Below the pieces are notes generated by a model. That model had not been told where the DNA came from, did not search any database, and was given only the letters and a program-made list of their open reading frames with translations. A program made the translations under genes and the position numbers. From the NCBI GenBank assembly GCA_964458775.1, contig CAYWLQ010000009.1, forward strand, positions 3,077-67,076: a DNA stretch of 64,000 nucleotides. The letters are read 5' to 3'. The stretch is from an uncultured Myxococcales bacterium (lineage in GTDB: Bacteria > Myxococcota_A > Polyangia > JAAYKL01). Within the stretch, counting starts at the first letter, position 1. Each line of letters begins with the position of its first letter. Shown here piece by piece: positions 27,906-37,356 of this stretch.

Positions 27906-29231
27906 ATGATGTTGCCGTTAAAATTGCGGACACCTTTGACTAATATTGTTTGTTTCATTCTTTTGACAGGATCTGTTTGTTTCTCACAAACGGTTCTGTC
28001 AGACAGTTCACTTGATTTACAAAGCAGTTTGGAGATTGGCATTGTCTCCTTAGATGAAGATATCTTCGTCTTAACTAATATTGAACAACATATATCGGTT
28101 AAAGGTTTTTCAGTTGTGTTTTCGGGTCCTTTTAGATTACGAATTGTTGATCACGAACCAAGCGATTTAGGTGTCCTTCGAAGTCAAGATTGGGATGAAC
28201 CTTCTGATTTTGCCAGGATTGTTCCCGTTCTGTCTTTTATGAGAAAATTTGAAAGCGGTTTGATAGATTTTAGTGCAGGGCAATTAAATGGAGTATCAAT
28301 TGGTAACGAAACTATTGTATCCAAATACTTCAACTCTGTTGATATGGATAGATATAAGGGGGGTATTCATCTTCAAGGAGAATACAGATTTAACGGTGCG
28401 GAATTACTTGTAGATGATATTGTATCTCCCAATATTGGTGCTTTGCGTTTGTATCTTGCTCCAATTTCTTGGTTTTCAGACACAGAATGGTCTGACAGAC
28501 TGCAACTGTGTTTTTTGTCAGGAATTGATTTTAGATCTCCGCTTAGAGCCTATGACAACGGGATACACACTTTTTTTACCGGCGGCGGAGAAATAGATCT
28601 GCGTCTGATAGAGCGAGAACGATTATTGCTTGGAAACTATTTTGTAACAGCTGCTATGAACGGAGATATTGGTCTTCATTTAGGTATGACGCTGAATTGG
28701 AGCATTCTTTCTTCCGACAAACTCGGTCTGTTTTTAAAAGGAGAATACCGATATTCCGGACCAAAGTATTTTCCTGCATTATTCAATCCTTTTTATGACT
28801 ATAATAGATTTCATTTTACTAAAACCGATTCTCCTCCAAATGCTACCTTTGCTGATCATGCAGTTTTTGGATCCGGGGAATCTTTTGCCCATGGATTTAT
28901 GGCAGAGATTTTGTTTGAGTGGAGAAACAAGCTTCAAATTAGTGCAAGATATGACACAGCAGGAAGAGATCGTCTTCATTGGATAATGTTTCAATTGGGA
29001 GTTTTTCCACTAAAAGGATATCAAATAAAGGGATTTTTTGCCGGACAGAGCATTGAGGGATCTCAATGGATGTTTAGTGAAAATCCGATATTTGGAATTG
29101 AGGCAAGGGGGAAAATATGGAAACCTATTGATTTGTTTTTCTTTTTCACTAGACGATGGCGAAACATTCCCGAAGATAACAGATCGGCAAACGAATTGGG
29201 CGGCGGAATAGGATGTTATGTGTCATATTAA
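27906..29231 (+). CDS. secreted / outer-membrane hypothetical protein (possible beta-barrel)
   Basis: Signal peptide and beta-rich composition. 441 aa. Confidence 0.3.
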   Translation: MMLPLKLRTPLTNIVCFILLTGSVCFSQTVLSDSSLDLQSSLEIGIVSLDEDIFVLTNIEQHISVKGFSVVFSGPFRLRIVDHEPSDLGVLRSQDWDEPSDFARIVPVLSFMRKFESGLIDFSAGQLNGVSIGNETIVSKYFNSVDMDRYKGGIHLQGEYRFNGAELLVDDIVSPNIGALRLYLAPISWFSDTEWSDRLQLCFLSGIDFRSPLRAYDNGIHTFFTGGGEIDLRLIERERLLLGNYFVTAAMNGDIGLHLGMTLNWSILSSDKLGLFLKGEYRYSGPKYFPALFNPFYDYNRFHFTKTDSPPNATFADHAVFGSGESFAHGFMAEILFEWRNKLQISARYDTAGRDRLHWIMFQLGVFPLKGYQIKGFFAGQSIEGSQWMFSENPIFGIEARGKIWKPIDLFFFFTRRWRNIPEDNRSANELGGGIGCYVSY

Positions 29232-29351
29232 TATAATAGGGAGACTGCGGCAGTTGCTGTCGGAGATTTTCTTTATGAAAATGTGCATTTACATATTGCA
29301 CTGCAACTGTTAGCATGAAACTCAGGTATCTGAACCTGAAGAGGTACACCA

Positions 29352-31136
29352 GTGGATAGATGTCCTCATTGCAGTCAGAGTCATGCCGGCACTAATCATT
29401 TCTGTCCTGTGACGGGATTGCCTGTCGCACTAGGGCCGAGATTGTTGTCGGCGAAATTGCTGGATAAGTACACTGTTATCAACATTCTAGGAGAAGGCCC
29501 GATTGGCATCGTTCTTGAAGTTGAGGATATTGTTACTCGTATACGCTACGCAGCCAAGCTTATTCATCCTCGTTTTACCAAGGGTCCTAACATAGCCGAA
29601 AACCTTATTAAGGATATAAAACAAGTCCAGTCCGTTTCTTGTGACAATATTGCACAAATAGTCAAGGTGGGAAGGGATTCAGGCGCTGCCGTAGTGGTTA
29701 TTCGAGAACTTATGATAGGAGAGTGTCTTTCATCCAGAATAGAGAATATCGGTCAATTTGCAGTTAAGCCTGCAATCGAAATAACCCGTGAAATATTGAC
29801 AGCATTACATGCTATTCATCAAATAGGTGTATTGAACTTGGATCTTTCACCATCCGACGTCTTTTTAATATCGGGAGCAAAAGGTACTCAAGTCAAATTG
29901 GTGGATATTGGAGAGCGCCATGTTAAAGCTTCTCTTCCAAGCGATTTCTCCGAAGCGGTAGGCTACAAATATTTTGCACCTGAACAACTTGATAAAAGTC
30001 GTCAACCCAACTTCCGTTCGGATATTTACGCAGCGGGAATGATTCTCTATCAGATGCTGACAGGAACTGTACCTGTCGGTGACCCTATTCCGCCAAAAGA
30101 TTGTAGAAAAGATATCTCTGATGATCTTTCTCAAGCGGTACTCAAAGCGATATCTTCGGTTCCCGGTCAGAGACATCAGACCGCACAAGAATTTATACGC
30201 GATTTGGATGCTGTGCTTGTAGAAACTTCAAAAAGCGGAAATACAGGTTCTGTATCTAAGATACCTGCTGTTATAGTTCGAGACAATTCTTCTTTGAATG
30301 CAAAACCTGTTTCAGATGCTGTTGAAACTGAACCTGTTGCAAAAGCAACATCATCAGAAGAAGTCGTTGTTCCAAAACAAAAAAACCAATCAGAAACCGC
30401 TTCCGTAATTGTAGAGATGCCGGAGATAGAAATTCCTCGTTCTCCAACAAAAACAATAGCCGTAATTGCTTTGTTGTTACTCCTAGCGGGCGTTGCCGCT
30501 TGGTTTTTTGTAATAAAAGACTTTGACACATCAACATCTGAGCCATCGTTGCCTGAGGTTCAAATAACAATAGAGGTATCTCCTTCTGATGCTACGGTCT
30601 TTGCGGACGGAAAGAAAGTTTCCGGTTCTCCGGCGGTTTTGCGGCTTCCGGCAGATAACAGTCTTCATACAATAGCAGTTAAGGCAGATGGATATGAGTC
30701 TATTGAGCGCGATGTTCGCCTGGATCGATCAAAAACAGTGAAAATTGAACTTATGGAAATAATACAACCTGATGAACCTTCTGACTCCAATATTGCCGCT
30801 GCTCCTATTTTGACAGAGGCTCGAAACCTTGACGCAGAAAAGGGTACAATCGAATCTGATACAGCTGACATCAAGAATGTCAGCAAAGAGGAAAAAGCCG
30901 TCAAAGCCGAACTTTCAAACAAAAGTTCGGTTGGAACGAGATCTGCCTCAACAGGAAAAAAAGCGGACACAAAGAAAACAACAGTTTCAACCAAACCTGC
31001 TGTTGACTCAGTCGTAAAATCAAAAAAGACATCAGTAGAAAAACCGAGTAATCCTGTTGCTAAAGTACCTAATGATGAGGAACCGCCCAAAACAAAGAAT
31101 TTGGAGGGTTTTCGAACAGTCAATCCGTTTGAGTAA
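29352..31136 (+). CDS. zinc-ribbon, degenerate Hanks-kinase (probable pseudokinase), TM and PEGA-domain protein with a Lys-rich tail
   Basis: N-terminal 'CPHC...FCPVTG' zinc ribbon. The kinase-like domain has 'GEGPIGIV' and 'AAK', but the catalytic loop reads 'NLDLSPSD' (not HRDLKPxN), DFG reads 'DIG', and APE reads 'APEQ'. TM 'IAVIALLLLLAGVAAWFFVI'. PEGA 'ITIEVSPSDATVFADGKKV...HTIAVKADGY'. Lys/Thr/Pro-rich C-terminal tail. Confidence 0.65.
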   Translation: MDRCPHCSQSHAGTNHFCPVTGLPVALGPRLLSAKLLDKYTVINILGEGPIGIVLEVEDIVTRIRYAAKLIHPRFTKGPNIAENLIKDIKQVQSVSCDNIAQIVKVGRDSGAAVVVIRELMIGECLSSRIENIGQFAVKPAIEITREILTALHAIHQIGVLNLDLSPSDVFLISGAKGTQVKLVDIGERHVKASLPSDFSEAVGYKYFAPEQLDKSRQPNFRSDIYAAGMILYQMLTGTVPVGDPIPPKDCRKDISDDLSQAVLKAISSVPGQRHQTAQEFIRDLDAVLVETSKSGNTGSVSKIPAVIVRDNSSLNAKPVSDAVETEPVAKATSSEEVVVPKQKNQSETASVIVEMPEIEIPRSPTKTIAVIALLLLLAGVAAWFFVIKDFDTSTSEPSLPEVQITIEVSPSDATVFADGKKVSGSPAVLRLPADNSLHTIAVKADGYESIERDVRLDRSKTVKIELMEIIQPDEPSDSNIAAAPILTEARNLDAEKGTIESDTADIKNVSKEEKAVKAELSNKSSVGTRSASTGKKADTKKTTVSTKPAVDSVVKSKKTSVEKPSNPVAKVPNDEEPPKTKNLEGFRTVNPFE

Positions 31137-31186
31137 AATGATCTTGTGCAAGAATGTAGAAAAAAATTGATGTGAGAGGAGAGTAA

Positions 31187-32305
31187 ATGAAGCGTATCGT
31201 TCCTATTATCATCCTGTGTATCGGTGTCGTCGCTGCTTCTCCGGCACTTTGTCAGAAAAAAAAAGCTAAGGTACTGTTTGACGCCGGAGTAACTGCTCTT
31301 GAACAGAAAGACTATTCCAAAGCATTGCAATCATTTCAGGATGCATATTCACTAAGTCCTCATTGGGCTGTTTTAGCTCATATCGGCACATGTTATGCCA
31401 GATTGGATCAACCGGAAAAAGCAATACAAAGTTTTCAAACCTATCTGGAAGAAGGAGGCAAACAAATTCCCCCTGATGAAAGAAAAACAGCCGAGGAAAT
31501 GATAGTACAACAAAAGCGTAAACTCGGTACTTTAGTTTTGTCTGTGGGGAAAGACGGTGTTGAAGCACTTATAGATGGGGAATCTATCGGTAAATCACCA
31601 TTCAATGATATTGTTCTGTCTCCCGGCTTGCATGAGATTGCTGTAATCTTTGGACCGAGTGATATTGTAAAGCGTAAAATTGACTTGCTTTCGGGACAGG
31701 AGTTTATTCTTCGCATTGAGCAAGAAAAGCATGTTTCCACAGCACCCGAGACGACTTTGGTACAAGAATCAGAATCGAAACCCAAAAAATCCGAAACAAA
31801 AACATCTCAAATGGAAGAGACAAATCCGGTTTTTAGTGCTCCGCCTTCTTCTTCTGAAAAGGTAAAAGGAAGTGCTGTTCCATTCGGATTATCTCTGGGG
31901 CTGACAATAGCCGACCTTATAGCAACGGGTGTAAGTTGGGGACTATTTTCTTATTATAACTCTTCCGCAAAGAACTATAAAAACGATTTGGATTTGCAGG
32001 TTGAAATTTACGGTTGGGATTTTACTTGGGAAGAAACCTGTTCGCAGATTAAGGTTTCGACAAAATCAGAAGAGTATTACTGTAATACAGAACTGAATCG
32101 AAGAGATTTTGTAAAGAAAGCAGATACCTGGAAAATTGTAGGCATTGCCACCTCAGCAGCGTTGGGTGTAACCCTTACAACTACTCTAATATTCGGTCTC
32201 AATCGTCATTGGTTCGGCGGAAGCAAAAACAATGAAGCTGCACTTTCTTTTATTCCCTTTGTAAGCCCTAAAGAAAACGGTTTTGTTTTGAGTTTATCAT
32301 TCTAA
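31187..32305 (+). CDS. TPR-repeat, PEGA-domain, C-terminal membrane-anchored protein
   Basis: Signal peptide. TPR-like 'DYSKALQSFQDAYSLSP...AHIGTCYARLDQPEKAIQSFQTYL'. PEGA 'LVLSVGKDGVEALIDGESIGKSPF...HEIAVIFG'. Two C-terminal TM helices. Confidence 0.55.
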   Translation: MKRIVPIIILCIGVVAASPALCQKKKAKVLFDAGVTALEQKDYSKALQSFQDAYSLSPHWAVLAHIGTCYARLDQPEKAIQSFQTYLEEGGKQIPPDERKTAEEMIVQQKRKLGTLVLSVGKDGVEALIDGESIGKSPFNDIVLSPGLHEIAVIFGPSDIVKRKIDLLSGQEFILRIEQEKHVSTAPETTLVQESESKPKKSETKTSQMEETNPVFSAPPSSSEKVKGSAVPFGLSLGLTIADLIATGVSWGLFSYYNSSAKNYKNDLDLQVEIYGWDFTWEETCSQIKVSTKSEEYYCNTELNRRDFVKKADTWKIVGIATSAALGVTLTTTLIFGLNRHWFGGSKNNEAALSFIPFVSPKENGFVLSLSF

Positions 32306-32420
32306 CCTCCCTCAGTATTTGACAATAACTTCATCTGCGTTACGAATAAGCAGAAGGCTGAACTGTACTGCAAACAAAAAAACAGTAGATCGATTAGTAG
32401 ATCTCAAGGAGGCGGTTTAA

Positions 32421-32912
32421 ATGACACAAATTACTTTCAAAGGAAATCCGTTAAATACAGTAGGAACCTTGCCTAACAAGGGAAACGTTGCTCCCAAATT
32501 TTCTCTTGTCGGTCTTGACCTTAGAGATATGGAACTAAAAGATTTTTCAGGGAAGAAGGTTCTAAATATTTTTCCAAGCATTGATACTCCTGTATGTGCA
32601 ACATCGGTTCGCAAATTCAACGAACATGCTGCTTCGAAACCGGGTGTTGTTGTACTAAATATCTCAGCAGATCTTCCTTTTGCTCAACAACGTTTTTGCG
32701 GTGCAGAAGGAATAGACAAAGTTGTAATGCTGTCTTCTTTTCGTTCTAACTTTGCAACTGACTACGGTCTACAAATAGCTGACGGTCCCTTAGCAGGGCT
32801 TTGTTCCAGAGCGGTAATCGTTCTCGATGAACAGAACCGAGTGGTTTACACCCAGCAAGTAAAAGAAATAGCCGAAGAACCTGACTACGAAGCAGCTTTA
32901 GCAGTGTTATAG
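32421..32912 (+). CDS. tpx: thiol peroxidase (atypical 2-Cys peroxiredoxin Tpx)
   Basis: 'FPSIDTPVCATSVRKFN' peroxidatic-Cys motif and a resolving Cys. 163 aa. AAGGAGG RBS 10 nt upstream. Confidence 0.9.
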   Translation: MTQITFKGNPLNTVGTLPNKGNVAPKFSLVGLDLRDMELKDFSGKKVLNIFPSIDTPVCATSVRKFNEHAASKPGVVVLNISADLPFAQQRFCGAEGIDKVVMLSSFRSNFATDYGLQIADGPLAGLCSRAVIVLDEQNRVVYTQQVKEIAEEPDYEAALAVL

Positions 32913-33022
32913 AAAAGCATTTACATGATTTGTTTCTTGCTTCAAGGGATGAACATTTTTCTCATTTGCCGCAAATTCCAATTGTTTAGGAAAAGAATTA
33001 TTGAATCCAAAATTATCGGCTG

Positions 33023-34507
33023 TTACTTAGCGGCGTTAAAGGTAACCCACAGCCAGGCTCCCTGTCTAAAAACCCTCAGCACCACTGTTGTCCCTGCTTT
33101 TACCTTTTTTGCTTCATTCTTAAAGTCAGCAGAGGTTTTAACCGGTGTTCGATTAATTTCGAGAATAATATCTCCCTGCTGAAGCACACCGTATGCAGGA
33201 CTGTCTGCAGATATGCCTGTTACTACAGATCCAAAGGCTACATCATCTGCTCCCAATCGACGCTTTAGTCGTTCGTCAAGGTTTTCCAGGGTCAACCCAA
33301 AATCATTTTCACTTTTTGAACCTGTGGCAGTTTTGCTCTCTGTTTCATTGGACGGCATTTTTCCTATTTCGATCTTTAGAGTTGTTTCTTTACCGTCACG
33401 AAAAACCTTAAAAGGAGCTGTGGTGCCCGGCTTTATTTTGGCCACCATATGCGGAAGCTGTTTGGATTCTTTTAACGGCTTGCCGTCAACGGTTAAAATA
33501 ACATCGCCGGGTTTCATTCCGCCTTTGGCTGCAGGAGAGTCGGGAGTAACATTGGCTACCACAGCTCCGGTCTTTCCTGATAGACCGAAGGCTTTTGCCA
33601 ATTCCTCGGTCATAGGTTGAAAAGCAATTCCCAACCATCCTCTAACAACTTCTCCGCCTGAACTCAAAGACTCAATTACGCTTGCTGCAAGACTGGAAGG
33701 AATAGCAAAACCGATTCCCTGTCCCTGAGGATTTATGGCGGTATTTATTCCAATTACTTCACCTTTAAGATTAAAAAGAGGTCCTCCCGAATTTCCCGGA
33801 TTTATAGAAGCATCTGTTTGGATAAAATTGTCATAAGGCCCGGCACCGATAACACGTTCTTTTGCAGATACAATGCCGGAAGTTACGGTGTGATCCAATC
33901 CGAACGGATTTCCGATAGCCACTACGTGGTCTCCCACTTTAAGAGAATCAGAATCACCAAAAGTAACCATAGGCAAATTGGTTTTTGCATTAAGATTCTT
34001 TATTTTCAGCAAAGCAACATCTGTACGCTCATCCGCGCCGACTAACTCAGCCGTAAATATTTGCTCATCCGAAAGTTGAACCTCTATTTCATCAGCTCCG
34101 GAAATAACATGGTTGTTGGTTACCACCAAACCGCTCTTATCGATAATAAAACCGGAACCCAAACTTCTCTGCTCAGGAAGCTGATTGGGCATAGGAGAGC
34201 GTCTAGGTTGTCCGAAAAACCATTCAAAAATATCCGGACCGAAGGGCATCATATTGGGAGACATTTTAGGTTTAGATTTGGTTCGAATATTGACCACAGC
34301 AGGAGATACCCTTTCTACCAAGGGTGCAAGCGATACACGAGGATCATAGGAGGTTGGATTAAGAGGTGCAGAGGCCTTAGTCTGTTTGTCTTCCGAACTT
34401 TTCTGACTATTAGCCGGCGAAGCTCCACAGGCTACAGCTACAACCACGGCTATAATAATGCCGACCGCAGTATATCTCATTATATGTGTTTTTTTATTGT
34501 TTTTCAT
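33023..34507 (-). CDS. htrA: periplasmic serine endoprotease DegP/HtrA family with two PDZ domains
   Basis: Signal peptide. Trypsin-like catalytic triad context 'TNNHVI', 'TDVALLKI' and 'GNSGGPLFN'. Two PDZ-like segments. Confidence 0.9.
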   Translation of the reverse strand: MKNNKKTHIMRYTAVGIIIAVVVAVACGASPANSQKSSEDKQTKASAPLNPTSYDPRVSLAPLVERVSPAVVNIRTKSKPKMSPNMMPFGPDIFEWFFGQPRRSPMPNQLPEQRSLGSGFIIDKSGLVVTNNHVISGADEIEVQLSDEQIFTAELVGADERTDVALLKIKNLNAKTNLPMVTFGDSDSLKVGDHVVAIGNPFGLDHTVTSGIVSAKERVIGAGPYDNFIQTDASINPGNSGGPLFNLKGEVIGINTAINPQGQGIGFAIPSSLAASVIESLSSGGEVVRGWLGIAFQPMTEELAKAFGLSGKTGAVVANVTPDSPAAKGGMKPGDVILTVDGKPLKESKQLPHMVAKIKPGTTAPFKVFRDGKETTLKIEIGKMPSNETESKTATGSKSENDFGLTLENLDERLKRRLGADDVAFGSVVTGISADSPAYGVLQQGDIILEINRTPVKTSADFKNEAKKVKAGTTVVLRVFRQGAWLWVTFNAAK

Positions 34508-34817
34508 GACTCACATTTCTCCCTAAAACAGGCATATTTGCCGTTTCAAAAATATGAACATTTGAGAGAAAAAGTTATTTCATAAAAAAAATAAAAAACC
34601 AGTGTAGTTGTGTCTTGTCTTGCTTACGAAGTAGTAAGAAAAGGTCAACAGAATTGTCCTAATTCTTTATAATAAACATATCAAAGAAGATACTTAATGA
34701 CTAGCATGACGCAATATCTATAACATAAAGCGATAATCCAAATTGGTCTTTATATATACAATATCTCAATATGCATGAAACGTTAGTAAGAAATATTCCT
34801 CTAAAGCATGGAGTTCT

Positions 34818-35930
34818 TTATGTTTTTAGCAGAACAAATACAGCAATAGACACAATCGCAATGAAACAAGCAACAATAAGTCCATAGCGATCAATGAGAG
34901 TAATCCAATTTGAAATAGCCGCGTGTGATTCTGAATCTTTTTCAAATATAACATTTTCCGAAACAAGAAAATCGGATTGAACTATATTCATTTTTACTCG
35001 GTTATAGACTGCGATCATTACAGGTATGTAGAGAACTGCTATCATTTCACCGAATATTCGAGGTTCATATATGTTCCCTACAACCAAAAGAGGAGAGAAA
35101 AATATTACACTCCATATTTCAATTCTTTTTAGTTTTTGAGGAATATACTTTCTGAGCATCATCCAAATAATAGGCAAAAAACCGATGCTAGATAAAAACT
35201 GAGCTGTATTGCTGAACGGTTTTTTTGCGATCCATTTAATGTTGTTTAGTACTCTAAGTTTGTTGCCGATATAAAAATGCAACGGTTCATTTTCATTCTC
35301 TGTCAGAATAAGGCTTATAAGTATTCGACATGCAAAAAAAACCGCTGCTAAACCAAAAAGAACAACGAGATGATTCTTGGTTTTCAGTTTATCGAGGGAT
35401 AATAAAACAAAAAGAGGAACTAAAAAAACAATGGATTCTCTGTTAATGGCCCCTAGTATCATTACCAATAATAAACAAGACCACTTTTCTTTTAAAATAT
35501 AATAGAAACCCGCAACCATAAAAAAGACGGCCGCTGTATCATATGGGTAGTAAACAGCCCAAACATGCTTCAACAAAAAAGGAAATGTTAAAAAAGCGAC
35601 AAATAAAACAGAAAAACAATATGATATCGCACTATTTAGATAGATTCTAAAAACTTTATAAATAAATACTATTGTCAGCAACGAGAAACAAAATTCAAAT
35701 ACAAAAAAAGCATTCCCAATCTTCATTCCCAATAGCTCAACAAAAAACCTGGACAATAAGGGAACAAGAATTCTATGCCCAAAAGGAAGCTTAGCCGTCA
35801 AGTTATAAAGCTGTTCCCATGTTGCACCGTGATATTCCGTATTCATCTGAAATCTGAGTACCGTATATGAAAATGCAACAATTATTGGAAATAATATAAT
35901 TGTTAGATATTCCCTCTTCATATAAGCCAT
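34818..35930 (-). CDS. hypothetical polytopic membrane protein
   Basis: 370 aa with about 10 TM helices and no catalytic motif recognised. Confidence 0.3.
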   Translation of the reverse strand: MAYMKREYLTIILFPIIVAFSYTVLRFQMNTEYHGATWEQLYNLTAKLPFGHRILVPLLSRFFVELLGMKIGNAFFVFEFCFSLLTIVFIYKVFRIYLNSAISYCFSVLFVAFLTFPFLLKHVWAVYYPYDTAAVFFMVAGFYYILKEKWSCLLLVMILGAINRESIVFLVPLFVLLSLDKLKTKNHLVVLFGLAAVFFACRILISLILTENENEPLHFYIGNKLRVLNNIKWIAKKPFSNTAQFLSSIGFLPIIWMMLRKYIPQKLKRIEIWSVIFFSPLLVVGNIYEPRIFGEMIAVLYIPVMIAVYNRVKMNIVQSDFLVSENVIFEKDSESHAAISNWITLIDRYGLIVACFIAIVSIAVFVLLKT

Positions 35931-36166
35931 ATACTAAATATCAAATAAGTCTTACACAAGAACTTTAATTGTATTTTGTAATAAATCGTTATTTTATATG
36001 CAAAAAAAACCAATCGATAAAAAAGCAAATTTTAAACTTGTGATAAAAGATAAAGATCTATTTGACTAACAGCATCCCTCGTCTTTTCTTGCTTATGGAT
36101 CAGTGATTTATATTTTTTTGGTATGCCCGCATTAACAATAATTTTCTGTTAACTTAAGTTGTATTG

Positions 36167-37297
36167 TTATAGTTTTGCCCTTAACGCATACCATCCTATG
36201 TTTATAGAGAACTCACATGGGTCGCAGCTTTCGCTTGCGTTAAGGCATGGTTCGCAGGTTTTATTAATCGATAGAACTGCACCTTCGGCGTCTGTTACAT
36301 TTTCTCGCCAGATGTCGGTAAACTGATTGGTTGAGTCGTAGTTAGCGGAATAGAGTTCAACATAAAAATTTATTGAATCTGTGGCTTCGTCATACATTGG
36401 ATAGTCACCGATACCTTGATTGTAGAGTGCCTCCGGAATGTAAATTCCAAGCACCCAAGCTTTATTCGGTCCGGCATTTCCTTGCGCCCAAAGATCTAAT
36501 TCCTTTTCTCCATTGTATTCGTACCAATTGGCATAAAACACATCTAGCAAAACATCTTTGCCGTCGTGCATTGCGATATAGTCAATATTGTTACCGTCAA
36601 GTAAGACTGCCGCCTCATCGTCAATTCCTACAGGTATTGAGAAGTTATCTAATGCAAATCCTCCTACTCCTAAACATAAGGGCAATCCCCAGAGATCTAC
36701 ACAAACATCTCCACATTTGCATGGATCATCTTCTGCAGATTCATCACACATCGGATAACAATAGTTTTCAGAGTATCTGGTCGACGGAAAAACCCAGCTT
36801 CCGCATTCAGAATTTTCACAGCATTCTTCTAAATCGCTACAGATGCTTCCCTCACAATCGTTGTATACACAGTCGCTGTCAGCATCGGTGTCAGCATCTG
36901 CATCTGCATCCGAATCTGTATCGGCATCAGCATCGGTATCGGCATCGATATCGGCATCAGTATCAGCATCGGCATCAGCATCTGAATTGCCGGTACATCC
37001 TTCGCATATTCCCCATTTTTGTCCGCTGCTTTCACATTCTTGAACTCCGGTTCCTCCTTCTGCACATGGACAGACTTTTAGATCACCGGGAACACACGTT
37101 TCTGAACCCAAACAACCTTTACACGGTCCCCAAGAGTTACCGTCTTCACTACAGACCTGAACCCCTGACGTATTTGTTCCGGGACACGGGCAATCTTCTT
37201 GTAAACCGGGAGGACATCCTAGAATTTCACTTGTACAGCCGAACAGTCCATTAAGATATGTCAATGCAATCAATAACGTTGCTATCGTGCGAATCAT
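36167..37297 (-). CDS. cysteine-rich-repeat lipoprotein with internal (Asp-Ala/Asp-Thr)n low-complexity tract
   Basis: Lipobox 'LFGC'. Three tandem Cys-rich repeats of the form C.C.G..G.Q.C...G..WG.C.GC (similar to the cysteine-rich repeats seen in myxobacterial secreted proteins). A 38-aa [37 protein letters not shown] tract, then a Cys-containing C-terminal domain. Confidence 0.5.
   Translation of the reverse strand: MIRTIATLLIALTYLNGLFGCTSEILGCPPGLQEDCPCPGTNTSGVQVCSEDGNSWGPCKGCLGSETCVPGDLKVCPCAEGGTGVQECESSGQKWGICEGCTGNSDADADADTDADIDADTDADADTDSDADADADTDADSDCVYNDCEGSICSDLEECCENSECGSWVFPSTRYSENYCYPMCDESAEDDPCKCGDVCVDLWGLPLCLGVGGFALDNFSIPVGIDDEAAVLLDGNNIDYIAMHDGKDVLLDVFYANWYEYNGEKELDLWAQGNAGPNKAWVLGIYIPEALYNQGIGDYPMYDEATDSINFYVELYSANYDSTNQFTDIWRENVTDAEGAVLSINKTCEPCLNASESCDPCEFSINIGWYALRAKL
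36875..36988 (-). repeat. tandem hexanucleotide (GCATCR)n repeat encoding (Asp-Ala)n
   Basis: Plus-strand DNA reads ...gcatcggtgtcagcatctgcatctgcatccgaatctgtatcggcatcagcatcggtatcggcatcgatatcggcatcagtatcagcatcggcatcagcatct... Confidence 0.8.
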
Positions 37298-37356
37298 CGC
37301 GAGCTCCTTTTCTTAATCCATAACTTCAAAAAGCAGTTTAAGGATTTTCTAATATC

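Noticed and set aside
36875-36988. Possible CRISPR-like array suggested by the regular short DNA repeats
   Set aside because: The units are 6 nt, contiguous with no spacers, in frame inside a coding sequence, and there are no cas genes. This is a coding microsatellite, not CRISPR.
36373-37254. 293-aa plus-strand ORF rich in His/Arg/Gln (HRYRHRYRHQYQHRHQH), antisense to the Cys-rich (DA)n lipoprotein gene
   Set aside because: It is an artefact of translating the hexanucleotide tandem repeat on the opposite strand. It has no start context and lies entirely inside a well-supported minus-strand gene.
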